Shown here one piece after another: positions 46,348 through 55,667 of a DNA stretch of 64,000 nt. Under the pieces are notes generated by a model. That model saw only the letters and a list, made by a program, of their open reading frames with translations. It made no database searches and had not been told where the DNA came from. The DNA comes from an uncultured bacterium (GTDB lineage Bacteria; Patescibacteriota; Minisyncoccia; Phycocordibacterales; Phycocordibacteraceae). Where the stretch lies: positions 298,108 through 362,107 of the forward strand of contig CAMTYL010000003.1 in assembly GCA_947085985.1 (NCBI GenBank). Direction: 5' to 3'. A program made the translations under genes and the position numbers. How positions within the stretch are numbered: position 1 is the stretch's first letter; each line of letters opens with the position of its first letter.

Positions 46348-48468
46348 ATGATTGAGAAGTTCAAGAAGCCCTACGACCCCGCAGAGACCGAGGGACGCAT
46401 ATACGAGGCGTGGGAGAGGAGCGGCTACTTCAGCCCCGAAAATCTCCCCGAGGCGCTTACTTCAGAAAACGGGAAGCCCTTTACCATGGTGCTTCCTCCT
46501 CCAAACGCAAATGGCAGCCTCCATGTGGGGCACGCCCTGGGCAAGGCGCTTGCTGACGCCATGACGCGCGCAAAGCGTATGCAGGGATATAAAGCCCTCT
46601 GGATTCCTGGGGCTGACCATGCAGGATTTGAGACCCAAGTGGTATATGAGAAGAAGTTAGAGAAGGAGGGACGCTCTCGTTTCCAGATGGACCCAAAGGA
46701 TCTCTACAACGAAATCCTGGCCTTCACCCTAGAAAACAAGAGCATGATGGAGAACCAGGTACGCGCACTTGGCGCTTCCTGTGACTGGACGCGCGAGAAG
46801 TTTACGCTCGACCCCGCTATCGTGCGTGAAGTACAGCAGACATTCATAAAGATGCACGAGGACGGCCTCGTGTACCGCGGCAAGCGCACCGTGAACTGGT
46901 GCCCTAAGCATCAAACGTCCCTCTCTGACGTAGAAACGGAGAGTGTCCCTGAGCAGACACCATTTTATACGTTCAAGTACGGACCATTTGAAATTGGCAC
47001 CGTGCGTCCTGAAACTAAGTTTGGCGACAAGTACGTGGTGATGCATCCAGAGGACGCGCGGTACGCACAGTATGCACACGGTGACACCCTGGAGCTTGAA
47101 TGGATTAACGGTCCCATCACCGCGACCATCATTAAGGACGAAGCAGTAGACATGGAGTTTGGCACCGGCGCTATGACTATTACTCCGTGGCACTCACAAA
47201 TTGATTTTGAGATTGCCAAGCGCCACAACCTGGACGTAGAGCAGATTATTGATTGGCGCGGAAAGCTTCTTCCTATTGCAGGTGAGTTTGAAGGCATGAA
47301 GATTAGCGAGGCGCGCGAGAAGATTGCGCAGAAGCTTGCCGACAAAGGCCTTCTTGTTTCAACCGATACCGAATACAAGAACGTGGTGAAACGCTGCTAC
47401 AAGTGCAACACCATGATTGAGCCTCAGATAAAGGACCAGTGGTTTGTGAAAATGGCACCACTCGCAAAGATGGCGCTCGACGCTGTGGACCGCAAAGAAG
47501 TACGCTTTGTTCCCGAGCACGAGGAGAAGGTATTCCGCTACTGGATGGAGAATGCCATGGACTGGAACATCTCCCGTCAGATTGTATGGGGTATTCCCAT
47601 TCCTGCATGGACCAAGAACGGAGAGATACAGGTGGGTATAGAGTCGCCCGGAGAAGGATGGGAGGAAGACACCGACACCTTTGATACCTGGTTCTCTTCC
47701 GGACAGTGGCCTCTCCTTACTACCGGATACCCAGACGGTGCGGACTTTGCCGAGCACTACCCAACAGACGTGATGGAGACCGGGCGCGACCTCGTATTCA
47801 AGTGGATTCCGCGCATGGTTATTTTTGGACTCTATCTTGGAAAGAAAGTTCCCTTCCACACCGTGTATTTGCACGGCATGGTGAACGACGCTAACGGAAA
47901 GAAGATGAGCAAGTCAAAGGGGAACGTAATAAACCCGCTCGACCTCACCAGTAAGTACGGCACCGATGCGCTGCGCATGGCGCTTGTGGTTGGCAACACA
48001 CCAGGCATGGACCTCGCCCTTCGCGAAGACAAGGTAAAGGGATACAAACACTTTGCCAATAAGCTTTGGAATATATCTCGATTCATTCTTGAGAGCGCTA
48101 CTGACGCAGACCTTACCTGCGCTCTTACTGAGTCAGACCAGAAGCTACGCGCGCGGTTAGATGAAGTGCTTGTAGATGTTACGCGCGACATCAGTGACCA
48201 CCGCCTCTATATGGCAGCGGAGAAGCTGTACCATTACGCGTGGCATGAGCTTGCTGACGTCATCATTGAGGAATCCAAGCCACTACTTGCTGGAGAGGAC
48301 GTTGCAGTAGTTGCTTCTCGAAAGCGACTACTTGTATCCCTACTTACCGACACCGTCACGGCACTGCACCCATTCATGCCGTTTGTGACAGAGGAAATCT
48401 ACCAGTCCCTCCCAACCAAGACGACCGACTTGCTGATGGTTGCTCCGTGGCCAGTCAAAGCCAGCTAA
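46348..48468 (+). CDS. valS: Valine--tRNA ligase (compact; no C-terminal coiled coil)
   Basis: PPPN..G.LHVGHA, DWNISRQ..WG, DTWFSS and KMSKS. Confidence 0.96.
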   Translation: MIEKFKKPYDPAETEGRIYEAWERSGYFSPENLPEALTSENGKPFTMVLPPPNANGSLHVGHALGKALADAMTRAKRMQGYKALWIPGADHAGFETQVVYEKKLEKEGRSRFQMDPKDLYNEILAFTLENKSMMENQVRALGASCDWTREKFTLDPAIVREVQQTFIKMHEDGLVYRGKRTVNWCPKHQTSLSDVETESVPEQTPFYTFKYGPFEIGTVRPETKFGDKYVVMHPEDARYAQYAHGDTLELEWINGPITATIIKDEAVDMEFGTGAMTITPWHSQIDFEIAKRHNLDVEQIIDWRGKLLPIAGEFEGMKISEAREKIAQKLADKGLLVSTDTEYKNVVKRCYKCNTMIEPQIKDQWFVKMAPLAKMALDAVDRKEVRFVPEHEEKVFRYWMENAMDWNISRQIVWGIPIPAWTKNGEIQVGIESPGEGWEEDTDTFDTWFSSGQWPLLTTGYPDGADFAEHYPTDVMETGRDLVFKWIPRMVIFGLYLGKKVPFHTVYLHGMVNDANGKKMSKSKGNVINPLDLTSKYGTDALRMALVVGNTPGMDLALREDKVKGYKHFANKLWNISRFILESATDADLTCALTESDQKLRARLDEVLVDVTRDISDHRLYMAAEKLYHYAWHELADVIIEESKPLLAGEDVAVVASRKRLLVSLLTDTVTALHPFMPFVTEEIYQSLPTKTTDLLMVAPWPVKAS

Positions 48469-48510
48469 TCACCATTTTTGCCACACTCGCGTGTGGCATA
48501 ATAGAGACAA

Positions 48511-49227
48511 ATGATCTCGTACAGTCTCGTTGGCTACGCCTTTCTGGGAGGACTGCTCCCTGCGTTTGTATGGCTATACTTTCTCCTTAAAGAAGACGAG
48601 CGTTGCCCAGAGCCGCGACCTCTCATTATTATTGCGTTTCTGTCGGGAGCGCTTGCCGTTGCCTTCGCTCTTCCTTTTGAACACCTTTCTAAAGTGCTTT
48701 TGCAGACGGACCTGGCGGTAATTATTACCTGGGCCACAATTGAGGAAGTTTTGAAGTATGCTCTCGTTTCGCTCACGGTGCTGTGGCGACGTGCAGTGGA
48801 CGAGTCGTTGGATGTGGTGATCTATATGATTACCGCAGCACTCGGTTTTGCTGCGCTAGAAAATGTGCTGTTTTTCTTCCAGGCACTTTCAACCGTTGGA
48901 CTCTGGGGTGCAGAGGGTGCTATTGCCACCGGCAACCTGCGCTTTGTGGGCTCCACACTCCTTCACATTATTGCGTCAGCTGCCATCGGGTTTGCGCTCG
49001 CGTTTGGCTTCCGTGCACGTCGTGCTGTTCGTGCCGCGTACGCTACTGCAGGACTTATCCTTGCGATTGCATTGCACGCTGCGTTTAATTTTCTTATCAT
49101 AAGTGGAGACGGATCTCATACACTCTTCGCATTCTTTATTGTATGGATTGGTGCCGTTATCTTCTTCGCTGCATTTGAAGTTCTCAAATATTTCCGTTAT
49201 AGAAACTTACCAAGAAATACCTGCTGA
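48511..49227 (+). CDS. PrsW-family intramembrane metalloprotease
   Basis: EE..K, GFAALEN, H...S and HAAFN. Confidence 0.9.
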   Translation: MISYSLVGYAFLGGLLPAFVWLYFLLKEDERCPEPRPLIIIAFLSGALAVAFALPFEHLSKVLLQTDLAVIITWATIEEVLKYALVSLTVLWRRAVDESLDVVIYMITAALGFAALENVLFFFQALSTVGLWGAEGAIATGNLRFVGSTLLHIIASAAIGFALAFGFRARRAVRAAYATAGLILAIALHAAFNFLIISGDGSHTLFAFFIVWIGAVIFFAAFEVLKYFRYRNLPRNTC

Positions 49228-49229
49228 TT

Positions 49230-49745
49230 ATGAAAAAACGATCCTTTTTTGAACGCCTCTCCGCATCGTCTACGCACGATGATTTTGATGCGTTTGACGA
49301 CGACTTCCCGATTCAACACCCGGGCATGCCGGCGCCTCAGACCCCAACGCGCTCTATTCCTATAACAAGCGCGCCAGCAACACCAGCCCCTCTCCAGCAA
49401 GAAGAAGAGGCACCTGAGGGTCAGCTTCCGGTGGACGTGTTCCAGACACCAAATGACATCATCATCAGGACGTTCATTGCAGGGGTGCGTCCGGACGAGA
49501 TGAATGTTTCAATCAGTCGCGACATGGTGGTTATTGAAGGGTCACGTGAAGAGCGCGAGACTATCTCAGAGAGCGACTACTTTGCTCGCGAGCTTTTCTG
49601 GGGCCGCTTTGCAAAGACTATCCTCCTTCCTCAGGAAATTGATGTTGACGCCTGTACCGCAACTGCTAAGGACGGACTGTTGACGCTTACTATGCCGAAG
49701 CTTGATAAGGCTAGGCAGACTAAACTCAAAGTCAAAGCCGGTTAG
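49230..49745 (+). CDS. Hsp20/alpha-crystallin small heat-shock protein
   Basis: VDVFQT, G.F.K.I.LP and A...DGLL.L..PK. Confidence 0.92.
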   Translation: MKKRSFFERLSASSTHDDFDAFDDDFPIQHPGMPAPQTPTRSIPITSAPATPAPLQQEEEAPEGQLPVDVFQTPNDIIIRTFIAGVRPDEMNVSISRDMVVIEGSREERETISESDYFARELFWGRFAKTILLPQEIDVDACTATAKDGLLTLTMPKLDKARQTKLKVKAG

Positions 49746-49748
49746 GGG

Positions 49749-50840
49749 CTAGTGAGTCACTTCGTATAGCCAGGGAGGAGTGGTAGTTACTACAAGCGTA
49801 AAGGCAATCCTCCCAATCACTTGACCGCCCTTTGTTTCAACCGAGACACGCCACTTTCCTGCCTCTGTGGGCGTGTATGCGGAATAACCCCTGTACCCGC
49901 CAGGACGACCACCAGAAATGGGGAACTCAATCCGCGATTTGGTCACCCAGGACGAAGCATTTTGGTCATACCACTCCCATCGATGAATGACGGTGGTGCC
50001 GAACTTAACCGGTGCAGCTACTGAACTAAACGCGTAGAGCTGTGTGCTGCCGTTAGTATGCACCCTGCGAGGCGAAAGGAGCTCGTACCACGAGCGCTTC
50101 GGCTCACTCATAACCACGTAGCGGCCTTCTGTGCGTACAAGTGAGTGGTAGATGCCAGACTCAGGCATAGTAAGCGGAATAGGCGGCAGAGCCCCAGTAA
50201 AATACGCCACATTCACCAGTAAGAGTGTGCCGAGGGCCCCTGGCAACAGGAAACGCAAACTGCGCATAAGCTCCAGCTTATTAATACGACGCAGTACATA
50301 CAGAAACAGACTAAACGCAAGAAGGCTTGCGATGGTGCTCATCAGGAACACGTCTGGCCCAAGCCGACCAAGGAGCAACGGAAGAGCGAAAATGAAGTAG
50401 CCGTAGAGTGCAAAGAACAGAAGTCCCAGTTGGAACGCCAAGTACTTATACTGTAATCGGAAGTATTCGTTGCCGATAAATGCCGCAGCGAGAAGCAGTA
50501 GAAATGGCCATGACGCAGAAAGCTCGGCACTCTTTGTGTAGAAAATCATAAACCCTGAGAGCATTCCTCCAATAGCATACTGCGCGGCTAGTGGAGCAAT
50601 GATAGACAGTGCGCGCACTCCTGAATTGACATACACACGGGCGCGCGGCAATAGACTACTTGTAAACACCGCTACTGTTGCAAGCGCCAGGTATCCAGCG
50701 AATACGAGGCTTGCGTATGCTACCGAAAGTACGGTAAAGGTGAACAAGTCAGTGAGGAATCCAAAGACAAACGCAGTCGCGCCTAAGTGCCGTTCGTTCC
50801 GTGCAGCCCAGGCAAATACCCTAGATATAGCTGCCTTCAT
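49749..50840 (-). CDS. DUF2914-family membrane protein
   Basis: Multiple TM segments plus C-terminal I.GGR..GYRGYS...G.WRV.VET. Confidence 0.8.
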   Translation of the reverse strand: MKAAISRVFAWAARNERHLGATAFVFGFLTDLFTFTVLSVAYASLVFAGYLALATVAVFTSSLLPRARVYVNSGVRALSIIAPLAAQYAIGGMLSGFMIFYTKSAELSASWPFLLLLAAAFIGNEYFRLQYKYLAFQLGLLFFALYGYFIFALPLLLGRLGPDVFLMSTIASLLAFSLFLYVLRRINKLELMRSLRFLLPGALGTLLLVNVAYFTGALPPIPLTMPESGIYHSLVRTEGRYVVMSEPKRSWYELLSPRRVHTNGSTQLYAFSSVAAPVKFGTTVIHRWEWYDQNASSWVTKSRIEFPISGGRPGGYRGYSAYTPTEAGKWRVSVETKGGQVIGRIAFTLVVTTTPPWLYEVTH

Positions 50841-50915
50841 GGTGCTTGGGGGCGGGTTCGAACCGCCGACCCTTCCCTCTTCAGGGGAATGCTCTACCAA
50901 CTGAGCTACCCAAGC
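50840..50915 (-). tRNA. tRNA-Phe(GAA), CCA encoded
   Basis: Anticodon arm TTCCC-CTGAAGA-GGGAA. Confidence 0.95.
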
Positions 50916-50963
50916 GTTGAGGGCATCATACCACAGGCTTTTGTGGTTTTCACGCCCTAAAAT

Positions 50964-51365
50964 CTATTGCACAGGATGTTTCGTGGAGAATTCGTCTATG
51001 GCCCTGTAAAAGTCCTCGGATGTGGGCAGACCGATTAGGCCAGGGTTTTCAGCCACCTTTTCCTTCACGTATGCAATAAGAGGCTGGAAGAATATGACCG
51101 GAAGCCCGAGAATGAGCGCCCAGAACAGAATCTTAAGCCAGAACATGATTCTATCCATGGTCTGCATGTGGTGCAGCATACGGTTATTCTCCTGCTCAAG
51201 TGCGAGCGTTTGCTCAACCATTTTGGTGAGACTGCCTGTCGCTGACACTGCCGAGCCCCCTGGCACGCCTGGCGCTCCAGGAATGCTTCCAAGCGGTGGT
51301 GGAGGCATGGCGTCAGACGCCATATCAGCCACAATAAGTGGCTCTTTCTTCTTAAAGAAGTCCAT
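50964..51365 (-). CDS. Hypothetical membrane protein
   Basis: L.L..ENN.ML..M motif plus a TM segment. Confidence 0.75.
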   Translation of the reverse strand: MDFFKKKEPLIVADMASDAMPPPPLGSIPGAPGVPGGSAVSATGSLTKMVEQTLALEQENNRMLHHMQTMDRIMFWLKILFWALILGLPVIFFQPLIAYVKEKVAENPGLIGLPTSEDFYRAIDEFSTKHPVQ

Positions 51366-51387
51366 GTAAAAAGTATACCTTATTCTG

Positions 51388-51459
51388 TGCTCTCGCCAGG
51401 AGTCGGACCTGGATTTAAGGTTTAGGAAACCTCCGTTCTATCCATTGAACTACGAGAGC
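51388..51459 (-). tRNA. tRNA-Arg(CCT)
   Basis: Anticodon arm GAGGT-TTCCTAA-ACCTT; T-loop TCCGACT. Confidence 0.9.
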
Positions 51460-51462
51460 TGC

Positions 51463-52101
51463 TTATTTGGATAGTACTCTTTTACGGGCATCTTTTCCAA
51501 CCCAAGCTATTGCCGTCTGAACGTGCAAGCGTTCCCGTATCCCAGAACGCACTCTCACCCTGCACATTCCATATGGGAGCTTTCCCTGCTTCCTTCCACG
51601 AATAACCTCCACAAAGACTATCGACTCTTGTGGAAGACTGGTGGTCTCAGACCAGTACTTACGAGCCTCCTGAATCGATACTCCTTCGTGAACCCTAAGA
51701 GACAGAGATAGTCGTGACTTAGTAATGCCTACAGCGTATAAGGAACTAATGAAAGCCTGAATCAGTAGCGGATCAGAATTGATAAGCCCAAAATCCTTCT
51801 TTGTACCTTCGCCCCAATACATTCCAATGAGCAGCATTCTTCTGTCCCTCTCGCTTAGTGCGCCTATTTCGCTCTCTACCTCCCTTGCAACATTCTTTCG
51901 CACTGCTATTGCGCGATCCTTTGCACCCCCTTGCTTTTCCCTAAGTCGCTGACGATACTCCACGGGCACCTCCACAGTTTGTACATACCGCTGCACAGTT
52001 GTCTTTGAAACGCCCACCAGTAGCGATATCTCTGGAATACTCTTACCCTTCATTCTTGCTCCTTGAATTTGCTTCTGCTGCGCCAAGGGTATTCTGTGCA
52101 T
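51463..52101 (-). CDS. HTH + LAGLIDADG-like domain protein, paralog of 41057-41779
   Basis: GKSIPEI...GVSKTTV, MYWGEGTK, NSDP, YWS and LPYG. Confidence 0.7.
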   Translation of the reverse strand: MHRIPLAQQKQIQGARMKGKSIPEISLLVGVSKTTVQRYVQTVEVPVEYRQRLREKQGGAKDRAIAVRKNVAREVESEIGALSERDRRMLLIGMYWGEGTKKDFGLINSDPLLIQAFISSLYAVGITKSRLSLSLRVHEGVSIQEARKYWSETTSLPQESIVFVEVIRGRKQGKLPYGMCRVRVRSGIRERLHVQTAIAWVGKDARKRVLSK

Positions 52102-52203
52102 GTGGATATTATACACGACTCACAGTAACGAAACGTTCTAACCAATAGAATACATGCATAAAACCCGCCAGTCGTTGACTGGCGGGTTTTATAAGATAGC
52201 AGA

Positions 52204-52458
52204 CTAGGCAGCTGCAGCTTCTCCAAGACCGAGAAGGCTCTCAAAGCGCTTCTTATCAAATCCAATGATCATTTCCTCACCGATAAATACGACAGGCACG
52301 CCCATCTGACCGCTCTTTTCAATCATCTCCTGGCGCTTCTCAAGGTCAGAAGCAACGTTGTACTCAGTGTACGCAACGTTGTTCTGAGCAAAGAACTCCT
52401 TACTCATCTGACAAAAATGACACGTTGGGGTGCTGTAAATAGTGACTGTTTTTTCCAT
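52204..52458 (-). CDS. Glutaredoxin-like protein (NrdH/YruB family)
   Basis: YSTPTCHFC, SGQMGVPV and GFD. Confidence 0.92.
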   Translation of the reverse strand: MEKTVTIYSTPTCHFCQMSKEFFAQNNVAYTEYNVASDLEKRQEMIEKSGQMGVPVVFIGEEMIIGFDKKRFESLLGLGEAAAA

Positions 52459-52519
52459 ATGCGGGCAGTATACCACGCATGATTTTTGCAAAAGGGGGAC
52501 AAGGCTATACTTAAGCCAC

Positions 52520-53335
52520 ATGTCGCAAGAGCTTAGGTATAGCATCGGTAAGGAGCAGCTTCCCAAAGCTCTGCGGTCGGTTGTAGTTCCGTTTGAACAG
52601 GACGAGGCACTTACATCCTTCTTAGCTGATTGTCAGGAACGCCCACATACCGCCCTGGATATGACTCGCCTCTTTTGCCTCTCATTGTGTACAGACCCCT
52701 ATAACGCTCACGCGGTGCTCGGGCTGTATCCCATGCACCTCTTGAGTGCGCAGCAATGGGAGACCCTTGTACCAAAGCATCTTCACGGAGGCCGCCTTCT
52801 TGATATAGGCGCTGGTCAGGGATTCGTGACCGAACACGCTCGAGCGCTCTTTTCAGAAATTGTTGCTGTGGAAACTGCGCCCGCCATGGTGCGCCGACTG
52901 AAAGCACGAGGATTTAGTGCGCACTGTGCGGATATCACCGTACAGAGCGACCTTCTTCCGCGGGAATCATTTGATGTGGTATCCGTCTTGAACGTGCTTG
53001 ATAGGTGCGTACGACCACGCACACTGCTTAACCACGCATGCCAGTTCCTCTCTCCTGGCGGAGTGCTCATCATTTCGGACCCCCTGCCACTTGAGCAACG
53101 AGTACGCGGCAATACCCGCGTACCAAAAGAGCAACTGGGCGCGCACTCTGGAACATGGGAGGAATGTCTTTCTGAATTCTATACAAATGTATTAGTTCCT
53201 GAATCACTTACTCCAGTGGCCGTGACGCGCACTCCCTATGTATACAAATCAACAGGCAAGCCAGGGTTTGAAGCGCTTGATGACTTCGTAATCGTCTGTA
53301 AAAAGGACACTGCTACCAAAATCCAGCCCAGTTAA
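52520..53335 (+). CDS. Class I SAM methyltransferase, METTL9/DREV-like
   Basis: M.LLS..QW..L, LLDIGAG.G.VT, LNVLDRC..P..LL, WEE, TR.PY and LDD.V.V. Confidence 0.75.
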   Translation: MSQELRYSIGKEQLPKALRSVVVPFEQDEALTSFLADCQERPHTALDMTRLFCLSLCTDPYNAHAVLGLYPMHLLSAQQWETLVPKHLHGGRLLDIGAGQGFVTEHARALFSEIVAVETAPAMVRRLKARGFSAHCADITVQSDLLPRESFDVVSVLNVLDRCVRPRTLLNHACQFLSPGGVLIISDPLPLEQRVRGNTRVPKEQLGAHSGTWEECLSEFYTNVLVPESLTPVAVTRTPYVYKSTGKPGFEALDDFVIVCKKDTATKIQPS

Positions 53336-53672
53336 AGGCACGTTTCCACCACGGCACATGCGGAGTAGTCGTTGCTTCCTTTGGAGGCACGACAATGATC
53401 ACCTCTTCGCCCGGCTTCGCAACACCATAGGTCTGACGCAATGTTGCCTCCTTTCCTCGCTCGGTGGCAAGTTCAGCAATGTTTCCCTCTAGCACTCCTT
53501 TACGCTCTTCAAGTATTGCGAGTTCTGCGCGGGTGTCCTCTACCGCCTTCCGAGCTCGCTCCTCCTTGCGTGCAATGCCCCAAATGAGCCACAGCAGCCA
53601 CAAAATGGCCACCACAAGGAGGGCAGTTATGAGGTACTCTCCGATGCGTTTCTTGCTTGGACGGCGGGGCAT
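53313..53672 (-). CDS. Septum formation initiator (FtsB/DivIC family)
   Basis: TM segment, coiled coil and R...G..KPGE.V. Confidence 0.8.
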   Translation of the reverse strand: MPRRPSKKRIGEYLITALLVVAILWLLWLIWGIARKEERARKAVEDTRAELAILEERKGVLEGNIAELATERGKEATLRQTYGVAKPGEEVIIVVPPKEATTTPHVPWWKRAFNWAGFW

Positions 53673-53718
53673 TTCCCTATTCTACCCCACAGGTATCTCT
53701 ACGCTCACGCAAATAATA

Positions 53719-53846
53719 TAAGGACCTTCAGAAAGTGCTGCGAACCAAGGTGCGGGAAGCGGATTTCTGTAGGCGTACTAGCAGTACGGTGAAAGAAATC
53801 GGCGGGACCCGCAACGCAGGAGCGTAGTAGTTTCTGGAGGTTCTTA
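53719..53846. repeat. RPE-like palindromic element, copy B
   Basis: Arms TAAGGACCTTCAGAAA / TTTCTGGAGGTTCTTA; core CGTACT-agc-AGTACGGTGA. Confidence 0.7.
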
Positions 53847-55634
53847 CCGCTCGCTATCCTGGACCATTTTCATGAATACTTCCTGCGGAATATCCATCTT
53901 CGCATGTGCCCCACGCCTCTTCTTTCCCTTCTTCTGCTTTTCCAAAAGCTTCATCTTTCGGGTGATGTCTCCTCCGTACAGGTACCCCGTCACGTCTTTG
54001 CGGAGTGCCGAGAGGCTGCGCGAAGCCAAAATACGACCGAGCGCATGCGCCTGAATCTTTAGTACAAACATCTGGCGTGGCAAAATGTCGTGCAGTTTTT
54101 CAACCATGCGCTCTCCTTCTTCCTCAACTCTGCGGCGCGACACCACACGAGCAAAAGCGGGCACCGGCTCCTCAGCCACATAAATCTCAAGCTTAACCAC
54201 GTCAGCTGGACGCATGTCCAAAAATTCGTACGAGAGTGACGCGTAGCCAGAGGACACATTCTTCACCCGATCAAAGAATCCCCGCATAAGCTCACGCAGG
54301 GGCATCTCCGTTGCAAGCTCAATACGGCCGTCCAGGTGTGTCTGAGTGTCCATCACCGCGCCTTCATGGTCATGGAAGAGTTGCAACATGCCCGAGAGAC
54401 TATCTGGCGGAGTGATAAGTATCACCTTCACCCACGGCTCTGAAATCGCTGCAATATCGCCAAAAGCAGGGAACTTAGAGGCTGTGTAAATAGTCTCGGT
54501 CGATCCCTTCTTGTCGGTCACTTCGTAGGCAATAGTTGGAATGGTCACAATGAGTTCCAAATCGAACTCACGCTTCAAGCGCTCAGTCACAATCTCTAGG
54601 TGAAGCATGCCGAGGAAGCCGCAGCGGAATCCGCGCCCAAGTACTCCAGAGGACTCCTCCTCAAAGGAAAGTGACGAGTCAGAAAGACGCAGACGTTCCA
54701 GCGCCTGACGCAGCTCGGTGAGCGTGTCCTGATTCTCTGGATACACTGACGCCCATACCACCGGACGTGGGAGCTCAAAACCAGACAACGCCTCTGCCCC
54801 CCTGCGGTCAGAAAGCACCGTGTCACCCACCGCAACCACACCCGCCTCCTTTACGCCGGTGACGATGTATCCAATCTCTCCTGCAGAAAGCGTATCAGTG
54901 ACTACTTCGTCTGGCATAAAGATACCGGTTTCAAGCACGGTGAACTTCTGGTCTGCAGCAGCAAATCGCAATACATCTCCCTTTTTGAAACTGCCATCAA
55001 AGATACGCGCAAACACGGTAATACCGCGATGAGTGGAGTAAGAGAAATCAAAAATGAGTGCGCGCGCGTCTTGCCCGCTGCTTTCGCGCGGCGCTGGTAC
55101 ACGCTCTACAATCGCTTGAAGCAACACCTCAACACCTTCGCCCGTCTTCCCAGAGACCGCCAGAATGGTCTCTGGTTCGATATTCAAAAGCTCAGCAAGC
55201 TCAAGCGAAACTTCTTCAACGCGTGAAGCAGGGGAGTCAATCTTAGAGAGCACCGGAATGATGACACACCCCGCTTTCCTGGCCATACCAAGCGTGGTTA
55301 GCGTTTGGGCTTGAATTCCCTGCGTAGAATCAACAAGGAGAATAACTCCCTCAACCGCAGAAAGTGCGCGGGATACTTCGTATGCAAAATCAATGTGCCC
55401 TGGTGTATCAATCAAATTTAGGATGTATGCCTTCCCATCTGCTGCCGTAAACTTCATGCGCGCCGGCTGCATCTTAATAGTGATACCTCGCTCACGCTCA
55501 AGGTCCATCTTGTCTAAAACTTGGTCGCGCATCTTCCGAGCCTCAATAGTACCGGTGCGCTCCAAAAGCCGGTCAGCCAGTGTGGACTTACCGTGATCAA
55601 TATGAGCGATGATGCTGAAATTTCGTATATCCAT
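53844..55634 (-). CDS. lepA: Elongation factor 4
   Basis: IRNFSIIAHIDHGKSTLADR, GFRCGFLGMLH and GGDITRK.KLLEKQK.GK. Confidence 0.98.
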   Translation of the reverse strand: MDIRNFSIIAHIDHGKSTLADRLLERTGTIEARKMRDQVLDKMDLERERGITIKMQPARMKFTAADGKAYILNLIDTPGHIDFAYEVSRALSAVEGVILLVDSTQGIQAQTLTTLGMARKAGCVIIPVLSKIDSPASRVEEVSLELAELLNIEPETILAVSGKTGEGVEVLLQAIVERVPAPRESSGQDARALIFDFSYSTHRGITVFARIFDGSFKKGDVLRFAAADQKFTVLETGIFMPDEVVTDTLSAGEIGYIVTGVKEAGVVAVGDTVLSDRRGAEALSGFELPRPVVWASVYPENQDTLTELRQALERLRLSDSSLSFEEESSGVLGRGFRCGFLGMLHLEIVTERLKREFDLELIVTIPTIAYEVTDKKGSTETIYTASKFPAFGDIAAISEPWVKVILITPPDSLSGMLQLFHDHEGAVMDTQTHLDGRIELATEMPLRELMRGFFDRVKNVSSGYASLSYEFLDMRPADVVKLEIYVAEEPVPAFARVVSRRRVEEEGERMVEKLHDILPRQMFVLKIQAHALGRILASRSLSALRKDVTGYLYGGDITRKMKLLEKQKKGKKRRGAHAKMDIPQEVFMKMVQDSER

Positions 55635-55667
55635 AAAAACGAAGAACGCGCCCTGCACCAGTATCTT

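Noticed and set aside
50841-50900. N-terminal extension of the 49749-50900 ORF, and the extended starts of ORFs at 24706, 33341, 44017, 45032, 46330 and 52442
   Set aside because: The extensions overlap tRNA, promoter or neighbouring genes. Downstream ATGs fit the family N-termini and -10 spacing better.
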